Source: Lama guanicoe (lineage: Eukaryota). From it: DNA of 64,000 bases. Below are positions 63,776-64,000 of the stretch, one piece after another (position 1 is the stretch's first letter; each line of letters starts with the position of its first letter). The notes under the pieces were generated by a model, which saw nothing but the letters and a program-made list of their open reading frames with translations, was not told the origin of the DNA and searched no databases. The stretch spans positions 9,457,095-9,521,094 of the forward strand of contig MU054391.1 of NCBI GenBank assembly GCA_013239625.1. Reading direction: 5' to 3'. The position numbers were made by a program, and so were the translations under genes.

Positions 63776-63971
63776 CTGTCTCTGGGGCCAAGTGGCTTTG
63801 ACAATGGCTTCCGTTCTAAAGAACACAAGGAGCTTGCCATCCTCCTCCGTCAGGTGAAATGACTGTCCCAAAATCTGCAGCACGTGAATGCGGGGCCTCA
63901 CGGGCCAGGTGTCATCAGCACAGAAAGGCCGCAGCCACTCCAGCAGGTCCTCAGAGGAAACCAGCTCTTTT
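63776..63971 (-). CDS. NBAS: NBAS coding exon, fifth from last (196 nt)
   Basis: Acceptor ttttgcag|A AAA GAG CTG at 63972/63971 and donor CAG|gtaagg at 63776/63775. Translates KELVSSEDLLEWLRPFCADDTWPVRPRIHVLQILGQSFHLTEEDGKLLVFFRTEAIVKATWPQRQ. Not listed in the ORF track. Confidence 0.95.
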
Positions 63972-64000
63972 CTGCAAAATCAGCGGTTAGAGAGAAACTA

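Larger units (their letters stand above)
26815..64000 (-). other. NBAS: 3' part of the NBAS gene (last five exons and four complete introns); the gene continues beyond the right edge
   Basis: Five GT-AG exons splice in frame into KELVSSEDLLEWLRPFCADD...AWPPMKREYV...NPWVRLATAMLTRC...GVKELCSLLL...VNDSNCDQELLSLLLDAKLLVKCVSTPFYP...TFSTALSAGRHWV*, which I recognise as the NBAS C-terminus. The left boundary is an estimated cleavage site. Confidence 0.96.

Noticed and set aside
1..64000. A novel multi-gene system (defence island, operon, intact provirus)
   Set aside because: Only one gene (NBAS) is supportable. The LTRs have no gag/pol/env in the window and all L1 copies are truncated.

Overview
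Mammalian nuclear DNA, most likely a camelid (camel/alpaca/llama): it carries a tRNA-Ala-derived vic-1-type SINE, and I saw no ruminant, pig or primate SINEs. The right-hand ~37 kb holds the last five exons of NBAS (neuroblastoma amplified sequence; NRZ tethering complex subunit) on the minus strand: 63776-63971, 47750-47889, 44192-44336, 38297-38425 and 26972-27247. All have GT-AG splice sites in consistent frame, ending in a TGA stop and an AATAAA at 26835-26840. The left ~26.8 kb is intergenic DNA downstream of NBAS. The rest is typical eutherian repeat content: ERV1-type and MaLR LTRs, L1 3' fragments, L2, many MIRs, MER5A, MER58 and Tigger-type DNA transposons, and microsatellites. The other ORFs in the track look like chance ORFs. 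I see no evidence of a new multi-gene system. The most unusual structure is a ~260-bp inverted duplication (24083-24358 vs 26111-26369, core 60/64 identical) just past the NBAS poly(A) site. Also notable are a 5'-inverted L1 with intact TSDs, an LTR carrying CCAAT/octamer arrays, and several candidate enhancers. Repeat subfamily names and human comparisons come from recalled sequences, not from searches.
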